Source of the DNA: Pseudomonadota bacterium
GTDB lineage: Bacteria > Pseudomonadota > Alphaproteobacteria > Micropepsales > Micropepsaceae
DNA: 48,082 bases
Direction: 5' to 3'
Assembly: GCA_018242145.1 (NCBI GenBank)
Contig: JAFECN010000327.1
Coordinates: 1 to 48,082 of the forward strand
The position numbers were made by a program, and so were the translations under genes. The notes below the pieces were generated by a model that ran no database searches, had not been told where the DNA came from, and saw only the letters and a list, made by a program, of their open reading frames with translations. Shown in pieces: positions 29,105 through 38,115 of the stretch (position 1 is its first letter; every line of letters starts with the position of its first letter).

Positions 29105-29488
29105 ATGCTCCGACTCTTGATCGTGGCGCTGTGCCTTGCGCCGTTCGCGCCGGCTGTCGCCGCGCAATGTCCGTCGCACGGCACGGCGATGGCGCGCACC
29201 GAGCTTCTCTTCGGCGCGGCCCATGTCAGCGATGCGCAATGGAAGGCGTTTCTGTCCCGCGAAGTCACGCCGCGCTTTCCCGATGGCCTCACCGCGCTGG
29301 ACGGCTACGGCCAGTGGAAGCGGCCGGACGGCCGGGTCACCGGCGAGCGTTCGCGCGTGCTTCTGCTCTGGCATGCACCGGCCGCCGACGCCGACGCGCG
29401 GATCGACGCCATCCGCGAAGCCTATAAGAAGCGCTTCCACCAGCTTTCCGTGATGCGGGTCGACAGCACCGACTGCGTGTCCTTCTAG
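29105..29488 (+). CDS. DUF3574 family secreted protein
   Basis: TELLFG, W..FL..EVTPRFPDGLT..D.YGQW and Y..RF.Q.SV motifs. Confidence 0.85.
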   Translation: MLRLLIVALCLAPFAPAVAAQCPSHGTAMARTELLFGAAHVSDAQWKAFLSREVTPRFPDGLTALDGYGQWKRPDGRVTGERSRVLLLWHAPAADADARIDAIREAYKKRFHQLSVMRVDSTDCVSF

Positions 29489-29547
29489 CCACGCTCCGCA
29501 CCCTTCACGCCGGCTGTCCATTCGCCGCAGTTTTCCACCTTGCGAAT

Positions 29548-29566
29548 GATAATGACTCTCATTATT
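29548..29566 (+). promoter_or_regulatory. Fur-box-like iron-responsive operator
   Basis: GATAATGACTCTCATTATT, 15/19 match to GATAATGATAATCATTATC, about 30 bp upstream of a siderophore receptor gene. Confidence 0.75.
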
Positions 29567-29597
29567 GAGGGCGACGCTATCGTCATCGGGGTCTGGA

Positions 29598-31688
29598 ATG
29601 CGGAAGAATTCTTGGGTTTTGGCGGCTTTTTGCGCCGTCGCGGGGTCTGGCGCGGCATGGGCCGATCAGCCGGCGAGCCTGTCGGCGGCCGCGGCAGGCG
29701 CCATCGAAACGGTGGTCGTCACCGGCGCGCGGACCGTGGATGTGAGCAAGTCCTCCGTGCCGCTGGCCGAGACCCCCCAGAACATCCAGGTCATCTCCGG
29801 CGATCTGATCTCCGACCAGCGCGACATCACCTTGACCGATGCGCTGCGCAACGTCGCCGGTGTCATGCCGGGCGGCTACTACTCCAACTACGATTATTTC
29901 CGCCTGCGCGGCTTCGATGCCTCCGGCTATCTTTATCTCGACGGCCTTCTGTTCGACACCGGCGTGCAACTCAGCGCCGAACTCTATGGCCTTGAGCAGG
30001 TCGAGATCATGAAGGGCCCGTCCTCGGCGCTTTACGGGCAAGGCCCGCTCGGCGGCCTCGTCAATCTCGTCAGCAAGCATCCGCAGGACGAGAACTTCGT
30101 GAACCTGCAGGCAAGCTACGGCTCCTATGGGTCCTATGAAGGCGATTTCGACGGCAATGCCGTGTTGTCGGATTCGGTGAACGGGCGCCTCGTCGCGCTT
30201 TTCCGCCACTCCGGCGAGTTCACTCAGCATGTCGGCGGCAATGACCGCACCTATATCGCGCCGTCGCTGACCTGGAACATCGACGCGGACACGCAACTCA
30301 CCGTGCTGGCCTCGCTGCAGCATGACGACGGCGATTCGAGTTTCCCGCTCACCTATATCGGCGGCGTCGTGCCGGGGCCGGTCGGCCACCGCTATCCGCT
30401 CGACCGCTACACCGGCGAGCCGGGCCGCTCCAACATCACCAAAAGCAATCGCGATGCGATCGGCTATGAGTTCAGCCACCGCTTCAACGAGATCTTCACG
30501 CTGAAGCAGAACTTCCGCTATGTGTGGAACGATACGAACTGGGACCACATTCTTTATACGAGTTATCTGGATACCGATGGCCGCACGCTCTATCGCTATC
30601 CCTACAGCGCGCATTCGGTGTGGGGCAATTTCGGCGTCGATACGCGGCTGGAAGCGCAGTTCAACACCGGCGCCGTCTCGCACACGCTGATCGCGGGCGT
30701 CGATTACTACAACTTCCTCAGCAAGTGGAATTCGGAAGAGATCGATTATTCCGATCCTGCCGCCTATATGGCGCTGGATCTCTACGCGCCGGTCTATGGC
30801 GCGCCGTTCCCGGCCTATTCCAGCTTCAACCATGTCCGCCAGATCGTGCGCGACACCGGCTATTACGTTCAGGAGCACGCGAAGTGGGGCGACTTCACCC
30901 TCACCCTCGGCGGCCGTTACGACACTGCGCGCACCGGCGATAGCTGGTCCGGCGTGTTCGCTTCGCACAGCGACGACAAGTTCGTGCCGCGCGTCGGCCT
31001 GACCTATGCGGTGGTGCCGCAGGCGGTTCTCTATGCCAGCTACAGCGAATCCTTCCTGCCGCAGGCGGGCTCCACCTTCGGCGGCGTATCGCTGAAGCCG
31101 GAAACCGGCCAGCAATATGAAGCCGGCGTGAAGTCGAACGTCTGGGACGGCCGCGTGGACGTTACCGCGTCGGTCTATCAGCTTACGCGCCAGAACGTGG
31201 CGACGGACGATCTCGGCCATCCGGGCTATTCGGTGCAGACCGGCGAGCAGCAGAGCAAGGGCGTCGAACTCGACGCGCATGCCAACCTCGCCGATGGCTG
31301 GGACGCCATCCTCACCTACGCTTATGTGAACGCGCGGGTGACACGGGACAATGCCATCCCCATCGGCGATCATCCGCTCGATGTGCCGCCCACCAGCATC
31401 GGCTTCTGGACGAAGTATGAGTTCCAGGACGGCCCGCTCAAAGGCTTCGGCATCGGCGGCGGCATCTATCGTTATTCCAGCCAGTGGGGCGATCTGCCCA
31501 ACAGCTTCAAGCTGCCGGACTACACGCTGGTCAACGGCCTTGTGAGCTACGATTTCGGCCCGGCGCAATTGCAGTTCAACGTGAAAAACCTGCTCGACGA
31601 GCGTTATTATCTGGGCTCCTACAGCGACACCTATGTCCAGCCCGGCGCGCCGCGAAACTACATGCTCACCCTGAGCTGGAAGATGTGA
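29598..31688 (+). CDS. TonB-dependent siderophore receptor
   Basis: TonB box ETVVVTG; plug motifs ETPQ.IQVI, LRGF and KGPSSALYG..GGLVNLVSK; PETG.QYEAGVK; C-terminal PGAPRN. Confidence 0.95.
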   Translation: MRKNSWVLAAFCAVAGSGAAWADQPASLSAAAAGAIETVVVTGARTVDVSKSSVPLAETPQNIQVISGDLISDQRDITLTDALRNVAGVMPGGYYSNYDYFRLRGFDASGYLYLDGLLFDTGVQLSAELYGLEQVEIMKGPSSALYGQGPLGGLVNLVSKHPQDENFVNLQASYGSYGSYEGDFDGNAVLSDSVNGRLVALFRHSGEFTQHVGGNDRTYIAPSLTWNIDADTQLTVLASLQHDDGDSSFPLTYIGGVVPGPVGHRYPLDRYTGEPGRSNITKSNRDAIGYEFSHRFNEIFTLKQNFRYVWNDTNWDHILYTSYLDTDGRTLYRYPYSAHSVWGNFGVDTRLEAQFNTGAVSHTLIAGVDYYNFLSKWNSEEIDYSDPAAYMALDLYAPVYGAPFPAYSSFNHVRQIVRDTGYYVQEHAKWGDFTLTLGGRYDTARTGDSWSGVFASHSDDKFVPRVGLTYAVVPQAVLYASYSESFLPQAGSTFGGVSLKPETGQQYEAGVKSNVWDGRVDVTASVYQLTRQNVATDDLGHPGYSVQTGEQQSKGVELDAHANLADGWDAILTYAYVNARVTRDNAIPIGDHPLDVPPTSIGFWTKYEFQDGPLKGFGIGGGIYRYSSQWGDLPNSFKLPDYTLVNGLVSYDFGPAQLQFNVKNLLDERYYLGSYSDTYVQPGAPRNYMLTLSWKM

Positions 31689-32911
31689 TGCGCGCCGTTC
31701 TCGTCCGCGTCCACCGCTATGCGGGATTGAGCCTGGCGCTCTTTCTCGCGGTGGCGGGGCTGACGGGAAGCGCCATCGTCTTCAACGAAGAGATCGACGC
31801 CTGGCTCAACCCGGCGCTTTTCGAAACGCACACGACCGGGACGCCGCTGTCGCCGGACGTGCTGGCGGAAAGGATCGAGCGTGCGCTGCCCAAGGCGCAG
31901 GTCAATTTCATTCCGCTGGACAACAAACCCGGCGAGGCGGCGCTTCTGCGCGTGGAAGGCAAGAACGGCGCGGCGCTCGCCTACGATGAAGTCTTCGCCG
32001 ATCCGGTGACGGGACAGGTGCTGGGCAAGCGGTTGTGGGGCGCCTGCTGCTTCTCGCGCGCGCATCTGATGCCGTTCCTCTATCTCTTCCACTACACGCT
32101 GCAGCTTCCCGGCACCTGGGGGCTGTTGTTGATGGGCATCATCGGCTGCATCTGGGCCGTCGATTGCTTCGTGGGTTTCGCGCTCACCTTGCCGCGCGCC
32201 GGCCCGTTCTTCGAACGCTGGAAGATGGCGTGGAAGATCAAGCGCGGCGCGGGCAATTTCCGCCTGAATCTCGACCTGCACCGCGCGGGCGGGCTTTGGC
32301 TTTGGGGCATCCTTCTGATCGTGGCCACCAGCGGCGTGGCGATGAACCTGCCGGATCAGGTGTTCCGTCCGGTCGTCTCGCTGTTCTCCCCGCTCAAGCC
32401 CTCGCTGGAGGAGATCGGCGCGAAACGGCTCACCGCGAACCCGAAACCGGCGAAGCTCACCTTCGATGACGCGATCGCGCGCGCGCGGCAGGAAGGCGCC
32501 AAACACCATTGGCGCATCACGCCGCAATATGTCTTCCGCTTTGCGGCCTATAGCGCTTATGGCGTCGGCTTCACCCGCGCGGGCGAAGATGCGCGCACCG
32601 GATTGGGCGCGTCCTATTATTATTTCGACGACCGCAACGGACGGCTCCTCACCGCCGATATCATGGGGCAGGGCAGCGCGGGCGACGTCTATGCCCAGGC
32701 GCAATATCAACTGCACACCGGCCGCATTCTCGGCCTGCCGGGCCGCATCCTGATCTTCCTGACCGGCCTTGTGGTGGCGATGCTGTCGCTGACCGGCATC
32801 TATATCTGGGCCCGCAAGAGCCACTGGTTCCGCCACCGTCTGGCAGCCCGCGGCCGGGGGAATCAGAGCCGGGAATCGGCCTCCGGCGGCCTTCCCATCG
32901 CCGCCGAATAG
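31688..32911 (+). CDS. PepSY-associated TM helix protein (FoxB-like ferrisiderophore reductase family)
   Basis: HRYAGL..LTGS, LFHYTL, DLHRAGG and QLHTG conserved His motifs. TGATG coupling to the receptor gene. Confidence 0.9.
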   Translation: MRAVLVRVHRYAGLSLALFLAVAGLTGSAIVFNEEIDAWLNPALFETHTTGTPLSPDVLAERIERALPKAQVNFIPLDNKPGEAALLRVEGKNGAALAYDEVFADPVTGQVLGKRLWGACCFSRAHLMPFLYLFHYTLQLPGTWGLLLMGIIGCIWAVDCFVGFALTLPRAGPFFERWKMAWKIKRGAGNFRLNLDLHRAGGLWLWGILLIVATSGVAMNLPDQVFRPVVSLFSPLKPSLEEIGAKRLTANPKPAKLTFDDAIARARQEGAKHHWRITPQYVFRFAAYSAYGVGFTRAGEDARTGLGASYYYFDDRNGRLLTADIMGQGSAGDVYAQAQYQLHTGRILGLPGRILIFLTGLVVAMLSLTGIYIWARKSHWFRHRLAARGRGNQSRESASGGLPIAAE

Positions 32912-32918
32912 ATTCGGC

Positions 32919-32933
32919 GAACGCCCCAAGAAC
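32919..32933. promoter_or_regulatory. Alphaproteobacterial LexA box (distal)
   Basis: GAAC-GCCCCAA-GAAC, a perfect GAAC-N7-GAAC. Confidence 0.65.
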
Positions 32934-32987
32934 AAGCAGTGGTATTTCTCTGCCGAATCAGCACCTTGGCTAGCGGCTTGCCAATGA

Positions 32988-33002
32988 GAACAAAGTAGAT
33001 AC
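32988..33002. promoter_or_regulatory. Alphaproteobacterial LexA box (proximal, within the recA promoter)
   Basis: GAAC-AAAGTAG-ATAC, a variant of GAAC-N7-GTAC, just after CTTGCC. Confidence 0.7.
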
Positions 33003-33054
33003 ATTCGCCTTCGTTGCGCGCCGGTGGGCGGCATGCAAAGAAGGAGAGACGGTC

Positions 33055-34149
33055 ATGGCAGCCTCGAAGGAAGCAGCGGTTTTGCGCGTAGTGGGCAAGG
33101 ACAAAGACGACAATTCCGAGCGCAAGCGGGCTCTCGAAGCCGCGCTGAGCCAGATCGACCGCGCCTTCGGCAAGGGCAGCGTGATGAAGCTGGGCCAGAA
33201 GGATCTGGCCGTCGATACCGACACCGTGCCGACCGGCTCGCTGGGTCTCGATATCGCGCTCGGCATCGGCGGCTTGCCGCGCGGCCGCATCATCGAAGTT
33301 TACGGGCCTGAGTCCTCCGGCAAGACCACGCTGGCGCTGCATGTCGTGGCGGAAATCCAGAAGAAGGGCGGCATCGCGGCCTATGTGGACGCCGAACATG
33401 CGCTTGATCCCGTTTATGCGCGGAAGCTCGGCGTCGATATCGACGAGATGTTGATCTCGCAGCCCGACACGGGCGAGCAGGCGCTGGAGATCACCGACAC
33501 GCTGGTGCGCTCCGGCGGCGTCGACATCGTGGTGGTGGATTCGGTCGCGGCGCTGACGCCCAAGGCCGAACTCGAAGGCGAAATGGGCGACCAGCTTCCC
33601 GGCCTTCAGGCCCGCCTGATGAGCCAGGCGTTGCGCAAGCTCACGGGCCACATTTCAAAGTCCAACACGATCGTTCTCTTCATCAACCAGATCCGCATGA
33701 AGATCGGCATCATGTTCGGCAATCCGGAAACGACGACGGGCGGCAACGCGCTCAAATTCTATGCGTCCGTCCGTCTGGACATCCGCCGCATCGGCGCGAT
33801 CAAGGACCGCGACGAAGTCGTCGGCAACCAGACGCGCGTGAAGGTGGTGAAGAACAAGGTGTCGCCGCCCTTCAAGCAGGTCGAGTTCGATATCATGTAC
33901 GGCCAGGGCATCTCCAAGACGGGCGAGCTTCTGGACCTCGGCGTGAAGGCCAACATCGTGGAGAAATCCGGTTCGTGGTTCTCCTATGACGGCGAGCGCA
34001 TCGGGCAGGGCCGCGAATCCGCGAAGACCTTCCTGAAGGAACACCCCGAGGTGGCCGACAAGATCGAAGCGGCGATCCGCGGCAGCGTCGGGCTGATCGG
34101 CGAAGTCATGGTCCATGGCGACGAGAAGGACGACGCCGAGGAAGAATGA
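33055..34149 (+). CDS. recA: Recombinase RecA
   Basis: [26 protein letters not shown] and [10 protein letters not shown] motifs. Confidence 0.99.
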   Translation: MAASKEAAVLRVVGKDKDDNSERKRALEAALSQIDRAFGKGSVMKLGQKDLAVDTDTVPTGSLGLDIALGIGGLPRGRIIEVYGPESSGKTTLALHVVAEIQKKGGIAAYVDAEHALDPVYARKLGVDIDEMLISQPDTGEQALEITDTLVRSGGVDIVVVDSVAALTPKAELEGEMGDQLPGLQARLMSQALRKLTGHISKSNTIVLFINQIRMKIGIMFGNPETTTGGNALKFYASVRLDIRRIGAIKDRDEVVGNQTRVKVVKNKVSPPFKQVEFDIMYGQGISKTGELLDLGVKANIVEKSGSWFSYDGERIGQGRESAKTFLKEHPEVADKIEAAIRGSVGLIGEVMVHGDEKDDAEEE

Positions 34150-34221
34150 GTTTCCCGCCGGAACAGGCGGGCTGAGAGCGAAAGGTTTGCCTGTTCCCTA
34201 CTGGCATGGGGAACGGCTCCC

Positions 34222-34259
34222 GAAGGGGCGGTTCGAAAGAGCCGCCCCTTCATCCTTTT
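34222..34259 (+). terminator. Intrinsic terminator after recA
   Basis: GAAGGGGCGGTTC-GAAA-GAGCCGCCCCTTC followed by ATCCTTTT. Confidence 0.75.
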
Positions 34260-34382
34260 GGCGTCGTTTCGGCCCGGTTTTTCGGCCCAAAATGCCGCTT
34301 TCCGCGGCGCTTCTATCGGGCGGGGCCATGCTCTAGAACAGCCCCGTCCCCAAGGGACGAAAGGCTTTTCGCGAGGTCCGTC

Positions 34383-35837
34383 ATGCTCAAGCTGAAAGAC
34401 ACAACGCTTCTGAAATCCGATGCCTATGTGAACGGCGCATGGGTCAAAGGCGCCAAGACCTTCGCCGTCACCAATCCCTCGACCGGCGAAACCATCGCCG
34501 ATGTCGCCGATCTCACGGGCGCGGACGCGCGCGCCGCCATCGAAGCCGCGCAGGACGCCTTCCCGGCCTGGGCGAAGAAGACGGCCAAGGAACGCGCCGC
34601 CATCATGCGCAAATGGTTCGAACTCATCATGGCGAACCAGGACGACCTCGCCGCCATCATGACCGCCGAGCAGGGCAAGCCGCTGGCGGAGACGCGCGGC
34701 GAAGTCGCTTACGGCGCGGCGTTCATCGAATGGTTCGCCGAAGAGGGCAAGCGCATCTATGGCGATGTGATCCCCACCAACGCCGCGGGCCGCCGTCTTA
34801 TCGTCCTGAAACAGCCCATCGGCGTCGTCGCCGCGATCACGCCGTGGAATTTCCCCAACGCCATGATCACGCGCAAATGCGCGCCCGCGCTCGCCGCCGG
34901 TTGCACCTTCGTGATCAAGCCCGCCGGCGAAACGCCGTTGTCGGCCTTGGCGCTCGCCGAACTCGCGCATCGCGCGGGCCTTCCCAAAGGCGCGTTCAAT
35001 GTGGTGACGACGAGCAGATCGTCCGAAGTCGGCCTCGAACTCACGCAAAGCCCGAAAGTCGCCAAGTTCTCCTTCACCGGCTCGACCGAGATCGGCAAGC
35101 TGCTGATGAAGCAATGCGCCTCGACGGTGAAGAAGGTTTCGCTGGAACTGGGCGGCAACGCACCCTTCATCGTGTTCGACGATGCCGATCTCGATGCCGC
35201 CGCAGACGGCGCGATGGCGTCCAAATTTCGCAACATGGGCCAGACCTGCGTTTGCGCGAACCGCATTCTGGTGCAGGACAAGGTCTATGACGCCTTCGCC
35301 GAAAAGCTTTCGCAGCGCATCGCCAAGCTGAAAGTCGGCGACGGTTTCGAAGACGGCGTGACGCAAGGCCCGCTCATCACCGAAGACGCGGTGGAGAAGG
35401 TCGAGAAACTTCTGAAAGACGCCACGGCGCATGGCGCGAAAATCGCCATGGGCGGCAAGCGCGTGAAAGGCCAGTTCTTCGAGCCGACGCTGGTGAAGGA
35501 CGTCACGCCCGCGATGGATATCGCCAAGACGGAAATCTTCGGCCCTGTCGCCACGCTCTTCCGTTTCAAGACCGACGACGAAGCCATTCGCATTTCCAAC
35601 GACACCGAATTCGGCCTTGCCGCCTATTTCTACGCCCGCGATGTCGGCCGCATCTTCCGCGTCGCCGAAGCTTTGGAATACGGCATCCTCGGCATCAACG
35701 AAGGCATCATCTCCACCGAGGTGGCGCCGTTCGGCGGCATGAAGGAATCCGGCATCGGCCGCGAAGGCTCCAAATACGGCATCGAAGATTATGTCGAGAT
35801 CAAATATCTGGCCCTCGGCGGCCTTGGAGACCTCTGA
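34383..35837 (+). CDS. gabD: NAD(P)-dependent succinate-semialdehyde dehydrogenase
   Basis: ITPWNFPNAMITRK, LELGGNAP, FRNMGQTCVCANR and GREGSKYG motifs. Confidence 0.95.
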   Translation: MLKLKDTTLLKSDAYVNGAWVKGAKTFAVTNPSTGETIADVADLTGADARAAIEAAQDAFPAWAKKTAKERAAIMRKWFELIMANQDDLAAIMTAEQGKPLAETRGEVAYGAAFIEWFAEEGKRIYGDVIPTNAAGRRLIVLKQPIGVVAAITPWNFPNAMITRKCAPALAAGCTFVIKPAGETPLSALALAELAHRAGLPKGAFNVVTTSRSSEVGLELTQSPKVAKFSFTGSTEIGKLLMKQCASTVKKVSLELGGNAPFIVFDDADLDAAADGAMASKFRNMGQTCVCANRILVQDKVYDAFAEKLSQRIAKLKVGDGFEDGVTQGPLITEDAVEKVEKLLKDATAHGAKIAMGGKRVKGQFFEPTLVKDVTPAMDIAKTEIFGPVATLFRFKTDDEAIRISNDTEFGLAAYFYARDVGRIFRVAEALEYGILGINEGIISTEVAPFGGMKESGIGREGSKYGIEDYVEIKYLALGGLGDL

Positions 35838-37145
35838 ATGATCCCGCGTTACTCCCGTCCCGAGATGGTTGCGATCTGGTCGGACGAGACCAAATACCGC
35901 ATCCATTTCGAGATCGAAGCGCATGCCGCCGACGCGATGGCGGAGTTGGGCGTTATCCCGAAGGAAGCGGCGGCGGAGATCTGGAAGAAAGGCGACGCGG
36001 CAAAAATCAGCCCCGACCGCATCGTGGAGATCGAGCAGGTCACGCGGCACGAAACGCTGGCCTTCACGCAGCATCTGGCGGAGCTGATCGGCCCCTCCGC
36101 GCGCTTCGTGCATCAGGGCATGACGTCATCGGACGTGCTGGACACCACCACCGCCGTGCAACTGACCCGCGCGACCGACATCCTGATCGCCGATGTCGAT
36201 CTGTTGCTCGCGGCGCTGAAGACGCGCGCGCTGGAGCACAAATACACGCCCACCATCGGCCGCAGCCACGGCATCCACGGCGAGCCCACCACGTTCGGGC
36301 TGAAGCTTGCGGGCTTCTATGCCGAGTTCGTCCGCAACAAGGAGCGGCTGAAGGCGGCGCGCGCCGAAGTGGCCACGGCCATGATCTCCGGCGCGATGGG
36401 CACCTTCGCCAATGTCGATCCGCGCGTCGAGGCCCATGTCGCGGCGAAGCTGGGCTTGCGCGTGGAGCCGGTGTCCACGCAGGTGATTCCGCGCGATCAT
36501 CATGCCGCGTATTTTGCAGCGCTGGCCGTTGTCGCCAGTTCGCTGGAGCGGCTCGCCACCGAAGTGCGCCATCTGCAACGCACCGAAGTGGTGGAAGCGC
36601 AGGAGTTCTTCGCGGAAGGGCAAAAAGGCTCCTCCGCCATGCCGCATAAGCGCAATCCGATCCTCAGCGAGAACGTGGTCGGTCTTGCGCGCGTGGTGCG
36701 GTCTTACGCGACGCCGGCCTTTGAGAACGTCGCGCTCTGGCATGAGCGGGATATGTCGCATTCCTCCGTCGAGCGTTTCATCGCGCCGGATGCGACCATC
36801 ACGCTGGATTTCGCGCTGGTGCGCATGGCGGGCGTCATCGACAAGCTGCTCATCCGCGCCGACCGCATGCAGAAGAATCTGGATCTCACGCAAGGCATCG
36901 TCCATTCGCAGCGCGCATTGCTGGCGCTGACGCAGGCGGGCATCGAGCGCGAGGCGGCGTACAAGCTGGTGCAATCGAACGCGATGCGCGCCTGGGCCGG
37001 CGAAGGCACGCTGCTCGACTTGCTGAAGGCCGATCCGGTGGTGTCGAAGGCCGTGCCGGCCAAATCGCTCGAAGCGATGTTCGACAACGATTATCACTTC
37101 AAGCACGTCGACACGGTTTTCAGCCGTGTCTTCGGCGCGGCCTGA
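35838..37145 (+). CDS. purB: Adenylosuccinate lyase
   Basis: MIPRYSRP, GRSHGIH, GSSAMPHKRNP and WHERD motifs. Confidence 0.97.
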   Translation: MIPRYSRPEMVAIWSDETKYRIHFEIEAHAADAMAELGVIPKEAAAEIWKKGDAAKISPDRIVEIEQVTRHETLAFTQHLAELIGPSARFVHQGMTSSDVLDTTTAVQLTRATDILIADVDLLLAALKTRALEHKYTPTIGRSHGIHGEPTTFGLKLAGFYAEFVRNKERLKAARAEVATAMISGAMGTFANVDPRVEAHVAAKLGLRVEPVSTQVIPRDHHAAYFAALAVVASSLERLATEVRHLQRTEVVEAQEFFAEGQKGSSAMPHKRNPILSENVVGLARVVRSYATPAFENVALWHERDMSHSSVERFIAPDATITLDFALVRMAGVIDKLLIRADRMQKNLDLTQGIVHSQRALLALTQAGIEREAAYKLVQSNAMRAWAGEGTLLDLLKADPVVSKAVPAKSLEAMFDNDYHFKHVDTVFSRVFGAA

Positions 37146-37228
37146 ACCCCCGCCCCAGGCTTGTTTCGCCGCCATCGCCGCCTATGTGAAGGGGGATGCG
37201 GGGCGGCGCCCCGGCTGGGGAGTGAGCC

Positions 37229-37963
37229 ATGAATCTTGCGAAATTTTCGTCCAAGCGCCTGTTTTCCTTGGGCGCCGTGGTCGTTTGCACCGTCGGCCTT
37301 TCGGGCTGTTTCGACCTGTCGCAGAAGGTGGCCATCGGGCGCGATGGCTCCGGCGGCTATCAGGTCGCCGTGGCGGCGGACGGAATCGTGGGCGAGGGCC
37401 TCGCCAAGCACAAGGCCGACATCGATATCGACGACGACATGCCGATGCACACCGAGATTTCCGTCGCGAACGGCAAAACGATCCAGACAACCGGCACCGC
37501 CTTCCACGATCTGTCCCAGCTTTCGCTGTCGGACGAGACCATCCGCCTGCATGTGAAGGGCAAGAAGCTGCTCGGCCTCGCGGGCACGGAAATGAACTTC
37601 CACCGCACCTTCCACATCGACAGCGCCCGCCGTCATCACGAGGAGGATTCAGACGATCATCTGGGCAAGGACATCCTCACCTCGATGTTCGGCGATCACA
37701 CCTATACCTTCAGCGTCTGGCTTCCCGGCTCGGTGGATAGCGCCAACACGCTGTGGGTCGGCGGCCATGAAGTGAAGCCGGTCGTCACCGCGCAAGGCAA
37801 CGGCCATCTCATCCTCTGGCGCATGAAGCTGACCGACATGTTCCTCGCCAACCAGCTCGACTTCGATGTCGATTTCACCGCGCATGGCAACTTCCACGAT
37901 ACGCAAACCCGCTGGGTGGAACATCACCGCCATCACCACGGCCGTCATTGGGACGAGACGTGA
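37229..37963 (+). CDS. Hypothetical lipoprotein (LppM/DUF3153-like pattern) with His-rich tail
   Basis: Lipobox LSGC, then ..I.RDGSG and LPGSV.SAN. C-terminus HHRHHHGRHW. Confidence 0.7.
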   Translation: MNLAKFSSKRLFSLGAVVVCTVGLSGCFDLSQKVAIGRDGSGGYQVAVAADGIVGEGLAKHKADIDIDDDMPMHTEISVANGKTIQTTGTAFHDLSQLSLSDETIRLHVKGKKLLGLAGTEMNFHRTFHIDSARRHHEEDSDDHLGKDILTSMFGDHTYTFSVWLPGSVDSANTLWVGGHEVKPVVTAQGNGHLILWRMKLTDMFLANQLDFDVDFTAHGNFHDTQTRWVEHHRHHHGRHWDET

Positions 37964-37991
37964 TCGCTATCGCTCCAATCTTCTAACCCAC

Positions 37992-38097
37992 AACGTCATG
38001 GCCGCCCCCGTGGCGGCCATCCATTTTCCAGAGGCCAATGCGTTTCCTGCACCGCTTCTGGAAAATGGGTGGCCGGGACAAGCCCGGCCATGACGTT
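37992..38097. repeat. GTCAT-family palindromic element (copy A2)
   Basis: AACGTCATGGCCGCCCCCGTGGCGGCCATCCATTTTCCAGA ... TCTGGAAAATGGGTGGCCGGGACAAGCCCGGCCATGACGTT. Confidence 0.88.
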
Positions 38098-38115
38098 TGT
38101 GGAGATTTTGAACAA

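Noticed and set aside
34165-34200. Riboswitch (CTGAGAG, TPP-like) between recA and gabD
   Set aside because: The other conserved TPP elements are missing and the downstream gene is unrelated.
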